From the NCBI RefSeq assembly GCF_009914755.1, contig NC_060937.1: a stretch of DNA of 64,000 bases; one strand, given 5' to 3'. Origin of the DNA: the human T2T-CHM13v2.0 reference genome, Homo sapiens. Below the pieces are notes generated by a model, which was not told the DNA's origin, did not search any database, and was given only the letters and a program-made list of their open reading frames with translations. Shown here piece by piece: positions 48,225-61,236 of the stretch. The stretch's first letter is position 1. Each line of letters begins with the position of its first letter. The position numbers were made by a program, and so were the translations under genes.

Positions 48225-48807
48225 GCCAGGCTGTTGGTACAACTGAAACTCAGAGCTGACTGTGGTGATCTTTAGGGCTGTCTACAAAGATCTGCGTGTT
48301 TTTCTCCCCCTAGGCATGTGATAGGATTGCATTTTCTTGTCTTCTTGAACGCAGGCATTTTTTGAGTGGAAATGACTGTGCTGCTTTTGAGTGAGCATTT
48401 GAAAAGCCTGTGCTTTGCTTTGCAACATTCTTTCCCTTTGCCATGGTAACTGGCAATGTCCTAGATAGTGGCCTCCCCGTCCTGTCCCCCCACCCTCATC
48501 AACCTGGGGCCTGGAGTGAGGACGATGAGCCGCTGACCGTGGTTGCCCCTTAGCATAACCTGGCCCATCCCGCCTGCTGCACTGACCGGCCCTCCCAGCT
48601 TGGCACAGGCCATAGAGACAGGCAGGAAAAATACAATTTCTTGACCCCTTATAAACCTGCAGAGTTTTCTTGGTGAGCTGGGAGACTCTGCAGCAGGTCA
48701 GAGAAGCACCCTAAGTGCGTGGCACCCATGACTCTCCATCTGCTCATGCCTTGCCTATCTTTAAAAGGTGGATGAAATATTATTTACAGCATGAAGCCTT
48801 CTATAAA

Positions 48808-49000
48808 TAGGGTGGACGGCCTTACCACATAAAAACCCAGGACACACAGCTGAATTTGAATTTCAGATAAACAGTGCTACGCAATGTATAATTTTTTTCA
48901 GTATAAGCAATGTTTGTGACATACTTATACTAAAACTTATGCATTGTTTATCTGAAATTCAAATTCAGCTGGGTGTCTTGTATTTTATCAGGAAATCCTA
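48808..49000. mobile_element. MER53-like palindromic element
   Basis: Perfect 27-bp inverted arms 48847-48873 / 48945-48971; core tttgtgacatacttatactaaaa. Confidence 0.85.
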
Positions 49001-52000
49001 TCTATAATCTTTCTTTCCTCTAACCAATATAGCATTTATAACTCTATTTATGACTTTCTGCCCAGGATTGTAATAATGATGTTCCCATTTTATCTGTCCC
49101 GTTGGACTTTGGGCTTCTTGAGGGTACACCCATAGATCTCAGGTATCTGGCGCAGCCCCCAACCCAGACCCCTCGCTTAGTACAGGCATTAACTTAACGA
49201 AAAAGTTGGTTCTGATGTGGCGGAAGGCTTTTAGAGGTGCTCAAAGAGAAAAAAAAGGACAGCACAAAGAATTAGACATTTGTGTTTTTCTCGCTTCCTT
49301 CCAAATAACATCAGAGTCTAGCATTTTGTATTTTGCGGTGACCATGGACCTAGCAGCTGGAAGGAGACCCTAACTTCTTTTCTAGGTTGTTATCGTCCTT
49401 TCCCAGCAGACCCTATGCTGGAAACTGAGCTAGTACTTCCAGGGTCCGTGCGCCTCTCTGAGAAGCTGCTCTGCAAACTCTTGCATCCTCGTGGGTATGG
49501 GGGCACTGGGAGGCACCGTCCTGGAAAGGGAACATGTCACAAAGAGCCAATGCGCTGGGCCTTCCTGGGCTCCAGCACACAGGTAGATGAACTTCCGCGG
49601 CTCCTCCAAGGCATCAACTCTGCTAAAGAACCCTGGGAACAAAGCTGTAGAGGACTGCAATGGGAGCTCCTGTCTTGAGCGTCCTTGGGTGTGGCACACG
49701 CCATGCTTTCGACCTTAGAAATCAGCGTTGGGAGCATCAAGGTTCCTGCATGTTGGACGTTGGCCAGTTTCTGCTATCTAGCCCTTAAAGAAATGTCAAC
49801 ATCCCGAGAGCAGATGTTCCTCACTCCTCACTGCCAAGACACTACTTAATGTTTATCTCACTTTCTCTTAGTCTGGGCTCAGAGTAAGGAAGTTTCTATT
49901 CATCCTCCAATTGCAGAAGCCAGCACTGGGTTTTCCTCCCCACGATGCTCTAGGTAGCTGTGTTCTCCCTGAGGTCCTGGATTATTGGGGAAGGCAGAAA
50001 CAGCCCCAATTTTCAGAACCTTAGGCAACTTTAGACAACTACTACTGCCAGTGATAGACAATGTACCTCTAACTCAATTCAAACGAGGAAACTTTTACAA
50101 ACATTTACGCAGCTGGTGAACTTCTCTACATTGCAGAGTTTTCCCCAGATTCATCCCAGTTCAGCTTCTCTCCCATCTCCATAACCACCTGCACCTCAGA
50201 ATAAGCAGACAGAGCCATGATCACCAGAACTGGACTTACTGGGCATGCGCTCAGTGTTTCTTTGTGGGGGTTTCTTATCTTCTTGTAGAGGCTTGAGGTA
50301 TGAAACCTGCATTTAGTCCCCAAAATGGGTCCAAATGGATCTATTGGCTCCCAGTGTTCTTGACACTTAGGTCCATATGAATGTCCCCTAGCAGCAACAT
50401 CCATGCATCACGCACGCACAAGGTAAGCACAGGAATACATAGACCTGCAAAGAGAACGGAAGGAGGGAAACTTCGCTTGGATTATCCACTTATGCACTAA
50501 CTTCCTCTCTCTCTTCCTTTCTCTGGTACATGCCCTATGCAATTGTGAAGGATAAAAAGCAGTGACAATGTCATGCTATCTCATGAAATTAGCACACAGT
50601 CATATCCCAGAAGAACCAAAGGGTTTATTTAAAGGACCCAAATGAGCCTGGGGTGGCTTCCTCCTGCAGTGTAGCCAATTCTCCTCCACACCAGGCTCAG
50701 GGGAAAGTGCTCACTGCTGGATCATAAGGAGCCCTAAGCCAAGGATGGCGGCTGCTTTTGGTGTCTATGGTCTCCCCAGCCCTAACACAGTGCCGGGCGT
50801 GCAACACATGCCTGCTGAATGAATGGGTGAGTGAATGCTGAAGAAATAAATGATGTGCACTTTACTTTATGCTCGGTTTTTTCTTTGGGCTCACCTTTCC
50901 CTGGCAGGGAACAGGAATGATTCTGGAAGTTGAAAGTAGGATGTGAGTCTGGGAAAGGCATCAAGGACAGCCATGACCCAGTTTAGCAATCCAGATCTCA
51001 CCCTGACTCCCGTTGCATTTCTTTTGAGTTCTTATTTTTCTTTCTGCATCTGTAGATGTTCCTTTTTCTCTGTCCAGGGTCAACCCAAGCATGGGATAGA
51101 CCCCCTTGGCTTCCTGCAACACCTTCCACGCCCACTCCCCATTATCAGATACGTTAGGAATTTCTACTGGAAATTGAAGGAAACAGGCAAATTCACCACA
51201 TCCTGAGCTTTCCCTGCTCCTCTGTCTTCTTTCCCAATTTCTCTCACCCCCGAACCCTGTTCGCCTGAAGCTGTGGCCAGGACGAGCTTCTGAATCCCGG
51301 CCATGCTCTGCATCTTGACCTTGGTGATGGTTCCATGTGTATTTGCTTTACAATTATTTTTAAAACTGAACATATATGACTTACTCTTCTATATGTGCGT
51401 GTATCTTACATTAAAAAAAAGAAGGGAAGACTTTCTGTTCATTTCTCATGTGGTGTGGCTCAGCTATCTCTTATTTATTTTCTTCTATGTCCTTGGAGGC
51501 TTATCTTCTATTTCAAAGCAGTTTATCTACGTATTTTGCTAAACATGGGCAGTCCTCCCATTAACAGGAATGTCTTAGCATAAGATAAGATAAAATTTCA
51601 TAGTAGGATGGACACCACATATTTTTGAGAACTGCTAGGGTCCAATATGGCCAGAACGTAGGGTGTGAGGCGCAGGGCCAGATGAAGATGGCAAGGTTAA
51701 GTGGGCCTGCTCTGGAGGACCCTGCAGGCCAGGCCAAGGTACATGCATCTTATCTTAGAGGCAGAAGGAGCCATGGATGTAAGCAGGGATCAGAGGTTCC
51801 CAGAAGGTGAGTTTAGAGCCTGGGAAACGAGGTAGGAGGGAATGTAATGAGTTCAGTCAGAAGAGTGGGCATGAGCAGGGGCGGTGTGGTGGAGAGGAAA
51901 GGGACAGGAGGCGTGCCTTGGGATAGACAGGACTCCCTGGCTGCTTAGATATGACATGGAAGGGAGAGGACAGACTGAGATACTGTCACATTTCTAGCTT

Positions 52001-52414
52001 GAGCAATGTGTGACTGTCATGCTGCTCTTGGAGATGGAGCAGTAGGAGGGAAACAGGCCCCGGTCAGTGTTCACATGCGGGATGCAGAGCAAACGGAGCC
52101 CAAGGCCAATGACAGACAGAATTCTAGGTTCCAATGGCCAAGTGTCTACCCCTGTTTAGTTAAAAACAGTGACTAGCCAATCCTAACCCTTCGTCTTATG
52201 GCCAGGGTGAGCAAACTCCTTAGCTGTGAGCATCACCATCTTAGGCAGTGACAAGAGTGGAAAGAAGGGAAGGAACAGAAAAGAAAGGGGATCAGGAGAG
52301 TCAAGCTAGAAGAAGAGGCCAGGAACAGCAAGTGAAATAGGAGAGGAAGCTAGGAGAGAAGAGATGTAAGAATGATGACATAAAAGACCAATGGCTGTGG
52401 TTGCTGTTTTAGTC

Positions 52415-54818
52415 GATTTTTGTGCCCCTCAAAAGAAATCCCTGGGGCTGGGAGCATGGGCAGAGGGCAGGTGCCACACTCTTTTGAACAACCAGACCTC
52501 CTCTGAACTCAGAGTGAGAACTCACTCATTACTACAAGGAGGGCACCAAGCGATTCAGGAGGGATCTTCTGTCATTGGTCCCATGACACAGACACCTCCC
52601 ACCAGGCCCCATCTCCTGCATTGGGGATTACATTTCTTTTTTTTTTTTTTTTTTTTGTGGTCTTTTTTTTTTCTTGTTTAATTCTTTCTTTCTTTTTATT
52701 ATTATTATTATTTTTTTTTATTGATCATTCTTGGGTGTTTCTCGCAGAGGGGGATTTGGCAGGGTCACAGGACAATAGTGGAGGGAAGGTCAGCAGATAA
52801 ACAAGTGAACAAAGGTCTCTGGTTTTCCTAGGCAGAGGACCCCACGGCCTTCCGCAGTGTTTGTGTCCCTGGGTACTTGAGATTAGGGAGTGGTGATGAC
52901 TCTTAACGAGCATGCTGCCTTCAAGCGTCTGTTTAACAAAGCACATCTTGCACCGCCCTTAATCCATTTAACCCTGAGTGGACACAGCACATGTTTCAGA
53001 GAGCACAGGGTTGGGGGTAAGGTCACAGATCAACAGGATCCCAAGGCAGAAGAATTTTTCTTAGTACAGAACAAAATGAAAAGTCTCCCACGTCTACCTC
53101 TTTCTACACAGACACGGCAACCATCCGATTTCTCAATCTTTTCCCCACCTTTCCCACCTTTCTAGTCCACAAAACCGCCATTGTCATCATGGCCCGTTCT
53201 CAATGAGCTGTTGGGCACACCTCCCAGACGGGGTGGTGGCCGGGCAGAGGGGCTCCTCACTTCCCAGTAGGAGCGGCCGGGCAGAGGCGCCCCTCACCTC
53301 CCGGACGGGGTGGCTGGCCGGGCGGGGGGCTGACCCCCCCACCTCCCTCCCGGCCGGGCGGGGGGCTGACCCCCCAACCTCCTTCCCGGACGGGGCGGCT
53401 GGCCGGGCGGGGGGCTGACCCCCCCCACCTCCCTCCCAGACGGGGCGGCTGGCCGGGCAGAGGGGCTCCTCACTTCCCAGTAGGGGCGGCCGGGCAAAGG
53501 CGCCCCTCACCTCCCGGACGGGGCGGCTGGCCGGGCGGGGGGCTGACCCCCCCACCTCCCTCCGGGACGGGGCGGCTGGCCGGGCGGGGGGCTGACCCAC
53601 CCACCTCCCTCCCGGACGGGGCGGCTGGCCGGGCAGAGGGGCTCCTCACTTCCCAGTAGGGGCGTCCGGGCAGAGGCGCCCCTCACCTCCCGGATGGGGC
53701 GGCTGGCCAGGCGGGGGGCTGACCCCCCCCACCTCCCTCCCGGACGGGGCGGCTGGCCGGGCAGAGGGGCTCCTCACTTCCCAGTAGGGGCGGCCAGGCA
53801 GAGGCGCCCCTCACCTCCGGGATGGGGCGGCTAGCCAGGCGGGGGGCTGACCCCCCCACCTCCCTCCCGGACGGGGCGGCTGGCCGGGCGGGGGACTGAC
53901 CCCCCCACCTCCCGGACAGGGCGGCTGGCCGGGCGGGGGGCTGACCCCCCCATCTCCCTCCCGGACGGGGTGGCTGCCGGGCGGAGACCCTCCTCACTTC
54001 CCAGACAGGGTGGCTGCTGGGCGGAGGGGCTCCTCACTTCTCAGACGGGGCGGCCAGGGAGAGACGCTCCTCACATCCCGGACGGGGCGACAGGGCAGAG
54101 GCGCTCCCCACATCTCAGACGATGGGTGGCCGGGCAGAGAGGCTCCGCACTTCCTAGATGTGATGGCGGCCGGGAAGAGGCGCTCCTCACTTCCTAGATG
54201 GGATGGCGGCTGGGCAGAGACGCTCCTCACTTTCCAGACTGGGCAGCCAGGCAGAGGGGCTCCTCACATCCCAGACATGGGCGGCCAGGCAGAGACGCTC
54301 CTCACTTCCCAGACGGGGTGGCGGCCGGGCAGAGGCTGCAATCTCGGCACTTTGGGAGGCCAAGGCAGGCTGCTGGGAGGTGGATGTTGTAGCGAGCCGA
54401 GATCACGCCACTGCACTCCAGCCTGGGCACCATTGAGAGACTCCGTCTGCAATCCCGGCACCTCGGGAGGCCGAGGCTGGCAGATCACTCGCGGTTAGGA
54501 GCTGGAGACCAGCCCGGCCAACACAGCGAAACCCCGTCTCCACCCAAAAAATACGAAAACCAGTCAGGCGTGGCGGCGCGCGCCTGCAATCGCAGGCACT
54601 CGGCAGGCTGAGGCAGGAGAATCAGGCAGGGAGGTTGCAGTGAGCAGAGATGGCAGCAGTACAGTCCAGCTTCGGCTCGGCATCAGAGGGAGACCGTGGA
54701 GACGGAGAGGGAGAGGGGGAGGGGGAGGGGGAGGGGGAGGGGGAGGGGGAGGGGGAGGGGGAGGGAGAGGGAGAGGATTACATTTCAATGTGAGATTGGG
54801 AGGGGACAAACCATATCA
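52415..54818. mobile_element. MST (MaLR) LTR split by the SVA (52415-52636 and 54787-54818)
   Basis: aacaaccaga...gtgagaactcactcattact...cacctcccaccaggcccca...ggggattacatttc|aatgtgagattggg is contiguous once the SVA is removed. Confidence 0.8.
52637..54774 (-). mobile_element. Full-length SVA retrotransposon (D-F type)
   Basis: Hexamer (CCCCCT/CCCTCT)n ~54705-54774, Alu-like domain, GC-rich VNTR ~53220-54330, SINE-R ~52720-53210, poly(A); 12-bp TSD ggattacatttc (52625/54775), TT/GAAA endonuclease-type site. Confidence 0.97.
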
Positions 54819-54854
54819 GCTGCCACAGGGAACAACCCTTTCTTCAGAGTGTAC

Positions 54855-57800
54855 ATTCATTCACTTATTCACTCACTTGTTCATTCATTCAAGAGGAGCT
54901 TAAGTGACTGTTAGGTGCAGGCTCTGTGCACAGGATTAGTGAAAGTTCCCTGGTAAACAAATCGGACGTAATTCCTACCCAGGTGGAGTTTACAGTCTGG
55001 TAGGTTAGGCAAGTAATGAACACATAAAAACAGAATAAATGTGTAATTAACAAAGTGTGATAAGGACTGTGGAGGAACAATGAAGAAGGCTATGAGAGAA
55101 TAACAGGGGGGACTGGATTTAGGAACGTGTCCGTCGCGGTGTGTATCTGCAGTTGTATGTCTGGTTGTGTGTGTGTGTGAGATTCTGTAAGGCAGGGTCA
55201 GGGAAGGCTTCTTTATGGAAGGATGAAAATTTGAAGGATGAAAAGGCAGGCAGTGCTAGTCAGAACAGGTAGTAACGACCAACCCCCAAGTCTCAGTGGC
55301 TTAACATAATAAAATTTTACTTTTCATTCACATTCGTCAGTAGAGAATCTGGGCAGCTCCTCAGGGCAGCTGCCTTCCAGATGTGGCTCAGTGTTCCAGG
55401 AGGCTTTGATCTTCCAGCATCTCCATGTTAACTTGTCTTCCAACAGCATCACAGCAGGCAACAGAGCATGGAGAAATGCACTCTGATGCCGAAATTCCTC
55501 TGCTGCTGACCCATGTCCTATCCACCGACATCTCACTGGCCACAGCATACCCCATGCCATGCCTAATTTCAAGGCGACAGAGCCCGAAAGGAGAGAGAGC
55601 CAGACATCTTGGGGAGTGCTAGTAATGCCTACCACATGGGCCAAGTGTGGGGAGAAGGGCATTCCAGGCTGTAAAGGAGTTCAGGAAATGGGGGAGGGGG
55701 CTCAGGTGGCTGGAGTAAGTGAGCAAAGGTAATGCAGTCAGAGTTGATTTTTTTTTTGAGACAGAGTCTCACTCTGTCTTGCCCAGGCTGGAGTGCGGTG
55801 GCACGATCTCGCCTCACTGCAGCCACGTTCAAGCGATTCTCCTGTCTCAGCCTCCCGAGCAGCTGGGACTACAGGCGTGTGTCACCACACCCAGCTAATT
55901 TTGTATTTTTAGTAGAGACGGGGTTTCACCATGTTGGCCAGGCTGGTCTCGAACTCCTGACCTCAGGTGATTCACCCACCTCAGCCTCCGTGAGCCACTG
56001 CACCCAGCCAGAACTGATTGAAGAGGTGTCCACGGGTCAGATCCTACACAGGAAGGATTATGAACTCTATTCTAACCACAGCCTAAGGTTTTAACACAAG
56101 GGAGTCAGGGCGCATGATTTATAGTTTAAAATGGCGGTTTGAGTTGTTCTATAGAGAAATGGAGGAGGAGGCTGTGGAAGCCGTCGAGGCTAGAAATGAT
56201 ACTGGCTTGGGCCTAGAGCAGTAGAGATGGAGAAAAAAGTATAATTGAGACATATATTGGTGGTAGAGTTGATAGGGTTGAGTGATAAATTGGAATGGAG
56301 GAATAAGAAAGGTCAAGAATGACAGATAATTTTCTGGATCAAGCAACTTAATGGATGGTGATGCTGTGTATGGAGGCAGGGATGCGAGAGGAGGAATAGA
56401 GAGAGAGAGACTGTGTGCATGTATGTGGTGTGTGTGTGTGTATGTGGTGTGTGTATGTGGTGTGTGTGTGTATGTGGTGTGTGTATGTATGTGGTGTGTG
56501 TGTATGTGGTGTGCGTGTATGTGGTGTGCATGTATGTGGTGTGTGTGTATGTGGTGTGCGTGTGGTGTGTGTATGTACGTGGTGTGTGTGTATGTGGTGA
56601 GTGTATATATGGTGTATGTGGTGTGTGTGTATGTGATGTGTATGTGGTTTGTGTATATGTGGTGTGTATGTGGTATGTGTGTATGTGGTGTGTGTGTGTA
56701 TGTGGTGTGTGTGTGTATGTGGAGTGTGTGTATGTGGTGTGCGTGTATGTGGTGTGTGTGTATGTGGTGTTTGTGTATGTGGTGAGTGTATATATGGTGT
56801 ATGTGGTGTGTGTGTATGTGATGTGTATGTGGTTTGTGTATATGTGGTGTGTATGTGGTGTGTGTGTATGTGTTGTGTGTGTCTGTGTTGTGTATGTGGT
56901 GTGTGTGTACCTGTTGTGTATGTGGTATGCATGTATGTGGTGTGTGTGTGTGTGTTGTGTATGTGGTGTATGTGTCTGTGGTGTGTATGTGGTGTGTGTG
57001 TAAGTGGTGTGTGTGTCTGGGGTGTGTGTGTATGTGGTGTGTGTGGTGTGTTCGTGTATGTGGTGTGTCTGTGTATGTGGTGTATGTTGTGTGTATGTGA
57101 TGTGTATGTGGTGTGTGTGTGTATGTATGTGGTGTGTGTGTATGTGGTGTGTGTGTGTATGTGATGTGTGTGTATATGTGGTGTGTATGTGTTGTGTATG
57201 TGGTGTGTGTGTGGTGTATGTTGTGTGTATGTGGTGTGTATGTAGTGTGTATGTGGTGTGTGTGTGTGTCTGGTGTGTGTGTCTGTGGTGTGTGTATGTG
57301 GTATGTGTGTATGTGGTGTGTGTGTCTGTGGTGTGTGTGTTTCTGGTGTGCATGTGGTGTGTATGGTGTGTGTGTCTGTGGTGTGTCTGTGGTGTGTGTG
57401 TATGTGGTGTGTGTTTGCATGTGGTGTGTGTGTGTCTGTGGTGCATGTGTATGTGGTGTGCGTCTATGTGGTGTGCATGTATGTGGTGTGTACGTGGTGT
57501 GTGTGTATGTGTTTTGTATGTGTTGTGTGTGTATGTGGTGTGCGTATGTGGTGTGTGTATGTAGTGTGTGTGTATGTGGTGTGTATGTATGTGTTGTGTG
57601 CATGTGGTGTGCGTGTATGTGGTGTGTGTGTGTGGTGTGTGTATATGTGGTGTGTGTGTCTGTGGTGTGCATGTGGTGTGTCTGTGGTGTGTGTGTATGT
57701 GGTGTGTGTGTATGTGGTGTGTATGTGGTGTGTGTTTGTATGTGGTGTATGTGGTGTGTGTGTATGTGGTGTGTGTATGTTGTGTGTGTGTGGTGTGTGT

Positions 57801-59060
57801 GTATGTGGTGTGTGTGTATGTGGTGTGCGTGTATGTGGTGTGTATGTGGTGTGTGTTTGTATGTGGTGTGTATGTGGTGTGTGTCAGGGGTGTGTGTATG
57901 TCGTGTGTGTGTATGTGGTGCGTGGCTCTGTGGTGTGTGTGCATATGGTGTGTGTCTATGTGGTGTGCTTATATGTGGTGTGTATGTTGTGTGTGTGTGT
58001 GTTGTGTATGTGGAGTGTGTGTGTGTCTGTGGTGTAGTGTCTGTGGTGTGTGTATGTGGTGTGTGTGTCTGTGGTATGTATGTGGTGTGTGTAGGTGTGT
58101 ATGTGGTGTGTGTGTCTGTGGTGTGTGTGTATGTGGTGTGTGTGTGTGTCTGTGGTGTGTTTTTGTGGTGTGTATGTGGTGTGTCTGTGGTGTGTGTGTC
58201 TGTGATGTGTGTGTCTGTGGTGTGTGTCTGTGGTGTGTGTGTCTGTGGTGTGTACATGGTGTGTGTGTGTGCGTGTGGTGTGTGTATGTGGTGTGTGTGT
58301 GTCTGGTGTGTGTGTGGTTTGTGTATGTGATGTGTGTGTGTCTGTGGTGTGTGTGTATGTGGTGTGCGTGTATGTGGTGTGTATGTGCTGCGTGTGTTTG
58401 TGGTGTGTATGTGGTGTGTTTGTATGTTGTGTGTGTGTGTGGTGTGCGTGTCTGTGGTGTGTATGTGGTGTGTGTATGTGGTGTGCGTGTATGTGGTGTG
58501 TATGTGGTGTGTGTATGTGGTGTGCGTGTATGTGGTGTGTATGTGGTGTGTGTGTGTATGTGGGGTATGTGTATGTGATGTGTATGTTGTGTGTGTGTAT
58601 GTGGTGTGTGTGTATGTGGTGCGTGTATGTGGTGTGTGTGTATGTGGTGTGCATGTATGTAGTGTGTATGTGGTGTGTGTATATGGTGTGTGTGTATGTG
58701 GTGTGTATCTGGTGTGTGTGTATCTGGTGTGTGTGTATGTGGTGTGTTCATGTGGTGTGTGTGTGCATGTGGTGTGTGTGCGCATGTGGTGTGTGTGTGC
58801 ATGTGGTGTGTGTGCGCATGTGGTGTGTATGTGGTGTGTGTGTGTGTCTGTGGTGTGTGTGCATGTGGTGTGTATGTGGTGTGTGTATGTATGTGGTGTG
58901 TGTGTATGTGGTGTGTGTGTGTGTGCATGTGGTGTGTGTGTATGTGTGTTGAGGGTGAGAGGTCTAGGGTTCAGTTTTGTACAGTGCAGCGAGAGATCCC
59001 TGTGAAGCACCCCAGTGGGAATGTCAGGGGGGCAGCTGAGTGAGATGCCTGACTCTCAGG
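54855..59060 (-). mobile_element. L2 fragments hosting an MLT1 relic (~55255-55635), an AluS with internal deletions (55749-56009 -) and the GT-rich array
   Basis: cattcattca tail at 54855; gtcaagaatgac...agcaact...atggatggtg before the array and ttcagttttg...cagtgggaatgtca after it. Confidence 0.65.
56412..58949. repeat. 2.5-kb GT-rich tandem array, unit ~TATGTGG(TG)n with TCTGTGG and CATGTGG variants
   Basis: Directly visible; explains all the His/Thr and Val/Cys ORFs here. Confidence 0.97.
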
Positions 59061-59169
59061 GGTATTAACATTAGATGAACAAATGCTTCACTGTTGCACT
59101 TACAGAGAAGGAGACTCTAATGGGACACCCTGGGCTGTCTTCCCACTCACCCACAGTCCTTTCTCCAAG

Positions 59170-59995
59170 TACAAATGGTACTGCTTATTTTAAAATATAG
59201 CATATTAACAGGAAATTGGAGCCACAATAAAGCCAACAGATCAGAAGATGATTGCCATTGAGAAGATAGTTGTGGCTGCACACAGTGGCTTACGCCTATA
59301 ATTCCAGCACTTTGGGAGGCCGAGGCAGGAGGATTGCTGAGGCCAGGAGTTTGAGACCAGCCTGGGCAACATAGGGAGACACTGTCTGTACAAAAAATTT
59401 AAAATGAAAAAAAGTAGCCAGGCACGATGGTGTGCGCCTGTAGTTCCAGCTACTCAGGAGGCTTGAGGCGGGAGGATCACTGTTACCCAGGAGTTCAAGA
59501 ATGCAGTGAGCTATGGTTGTGACACTGCACTCCAGCCTGGGCAACAGGGCAAGATCCTGCCTCTAAACAAATTAAAAAAGAAGAAGAAGAAGAAGAGATA
59601 GTTTGTTACTCACAGTTCCTAAGAGAAGAAGGCACACCCTGCATGGGGTGCCACGTGGGGAAGCACTGGGTTGGGGGCAGAGGAAGAGGGAGGCAGGGTG
59701 GACAGGGCTGGGATTGGCTAGTTTGAACCCTTTCAGTGGGCTCTGGGGCGTAGGGACTGTCCCTAGCCGTCTGATCCCTGGCCCTAGGGTCATTAGGGGA
59801 GGTGGATAGTGGCTCAGAGCAGGAAAGCCAAATAGAGGAAGTGGTTTGGGTATGAACTCTGGATTGGTTTGTTTACATTTTAAAAGCATCCTCCTGCGTG
59901 AGTTGTTTACTATCTTCAGGAGTTGGCGGAACTGAATTTGACCAGCATGACTCTAGAGGTCAAAGCATCAGAAAATAAAGGATATAATGTCCTGC
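59170..59995. mobile_element. ERV LTR relic split by AluJ (59274-59594 +)
   Basis: tgttactcacagttcc...ggattggctagtttgaa...tgggctctgggg.gtaggg.ctgtccctag; subfamily uncertain. Confidence 0.55.
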
Positions 59996-60060
59996 CACAC
60001 TGTGTAACAGAGGCCCACACTGTGCGCCTAAGCCCCCAACAATGTTGAGAGGTTTAATGA

Positions 60061-60356
<296 letters not shown>

Positions 60357-60666
60357 TTAATGACATTTTTAAAAGCATTTGTAAATGATGTTGAAAGTTA
60401 TTCCAACACACTTACCACATAACACATTTGTTAGTCATCTGCTCTTAGTGATACATGTAACAATAGGATGTATCCATTCTTTCCCACCTCCTGACACCAC
60501 TACCAAATACCTTTCTTGGCCTCAATGACTCTAAATGAACTTAGTTTAGACCAAACATGGGAGAAGGAAGAAAAAGCTGAAGGTTTATAGTTTATATTTA
60601 ATTCTAATTTCCCCTTCTGAGAAACATTGTATTTTCATTAGAGGCATGGGTTGCCTGGGACATATG

Positions 60667-61236
60667 GTTATCAGGCCGGATTTTCAGTTGTCTACAAAGT
60701 AACACAGACATTACCAAAAAAAGTTCTCATGCAGTTGAATGACTAGGGAAAGGACCACCTGGATGGATGAAGATGTTGGTCTCAGCTGTGCACTCTTGCT
60801 GCCAGATTGCAGGGCTTACCTATCTCCTGATACTGAGCAGTTTCCAAACTAGTCACACAGATACCTAAGTAGGTCAGGTGCTCACAGCATGACTACTAAG
60901 TAGCTGCTCACTCTGCAGGAGGACGGGGAAGGGCTGGTCTGCTGCTTGCCGCAATGTTTGCTGCGCACTCAAAAAGTGCTGGGCCCTTGACCCTGGATTC
61001 CTCTGCTGAGGTGCATCCCACTGAGTGTGTAGCCCTCATCTGGGCCTGTTGCGCCATGGGACTCGGGGCAGGACGCCTGCTGCAAAGATGCTAGCACTCT
61101 CTGAAGTAAGTGAGTGTGCTGTGAATAATAACATCTTTCGTCTCTGATCCAGGAGTGTCATGTCTTCTGTCAGAATCCATGACACTTGTTAGCTCACAGC
61201 TGGGGTAAAACCTTAAACCTTCCACAGGTCTTGACA
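60667..61236 (+). mobile_element. ERVL LTR (MER54/73/74-like)
   Basis: 3' end tctttcgtctctgatccaggagtgtcatgtcttctg...gggtaaaacc...ccttccacaggtcttgaca. Confidence 0.55.

Noticed and set aside
53187-54914. Pro/Gly/Arg-rich ORFs and CpG-island-like composition
   Set aside because: Fully explained by the SVA VNTR, Alu-like domain and hexamer.
56149-59010. 953-aa His/Thr-rich ORF and overlapping Val/Cys-rich ORFs
   Set aside because: Products of the GT array, which lacks stops in most frames. The start is GTG and the ends lie in L2 sequence.
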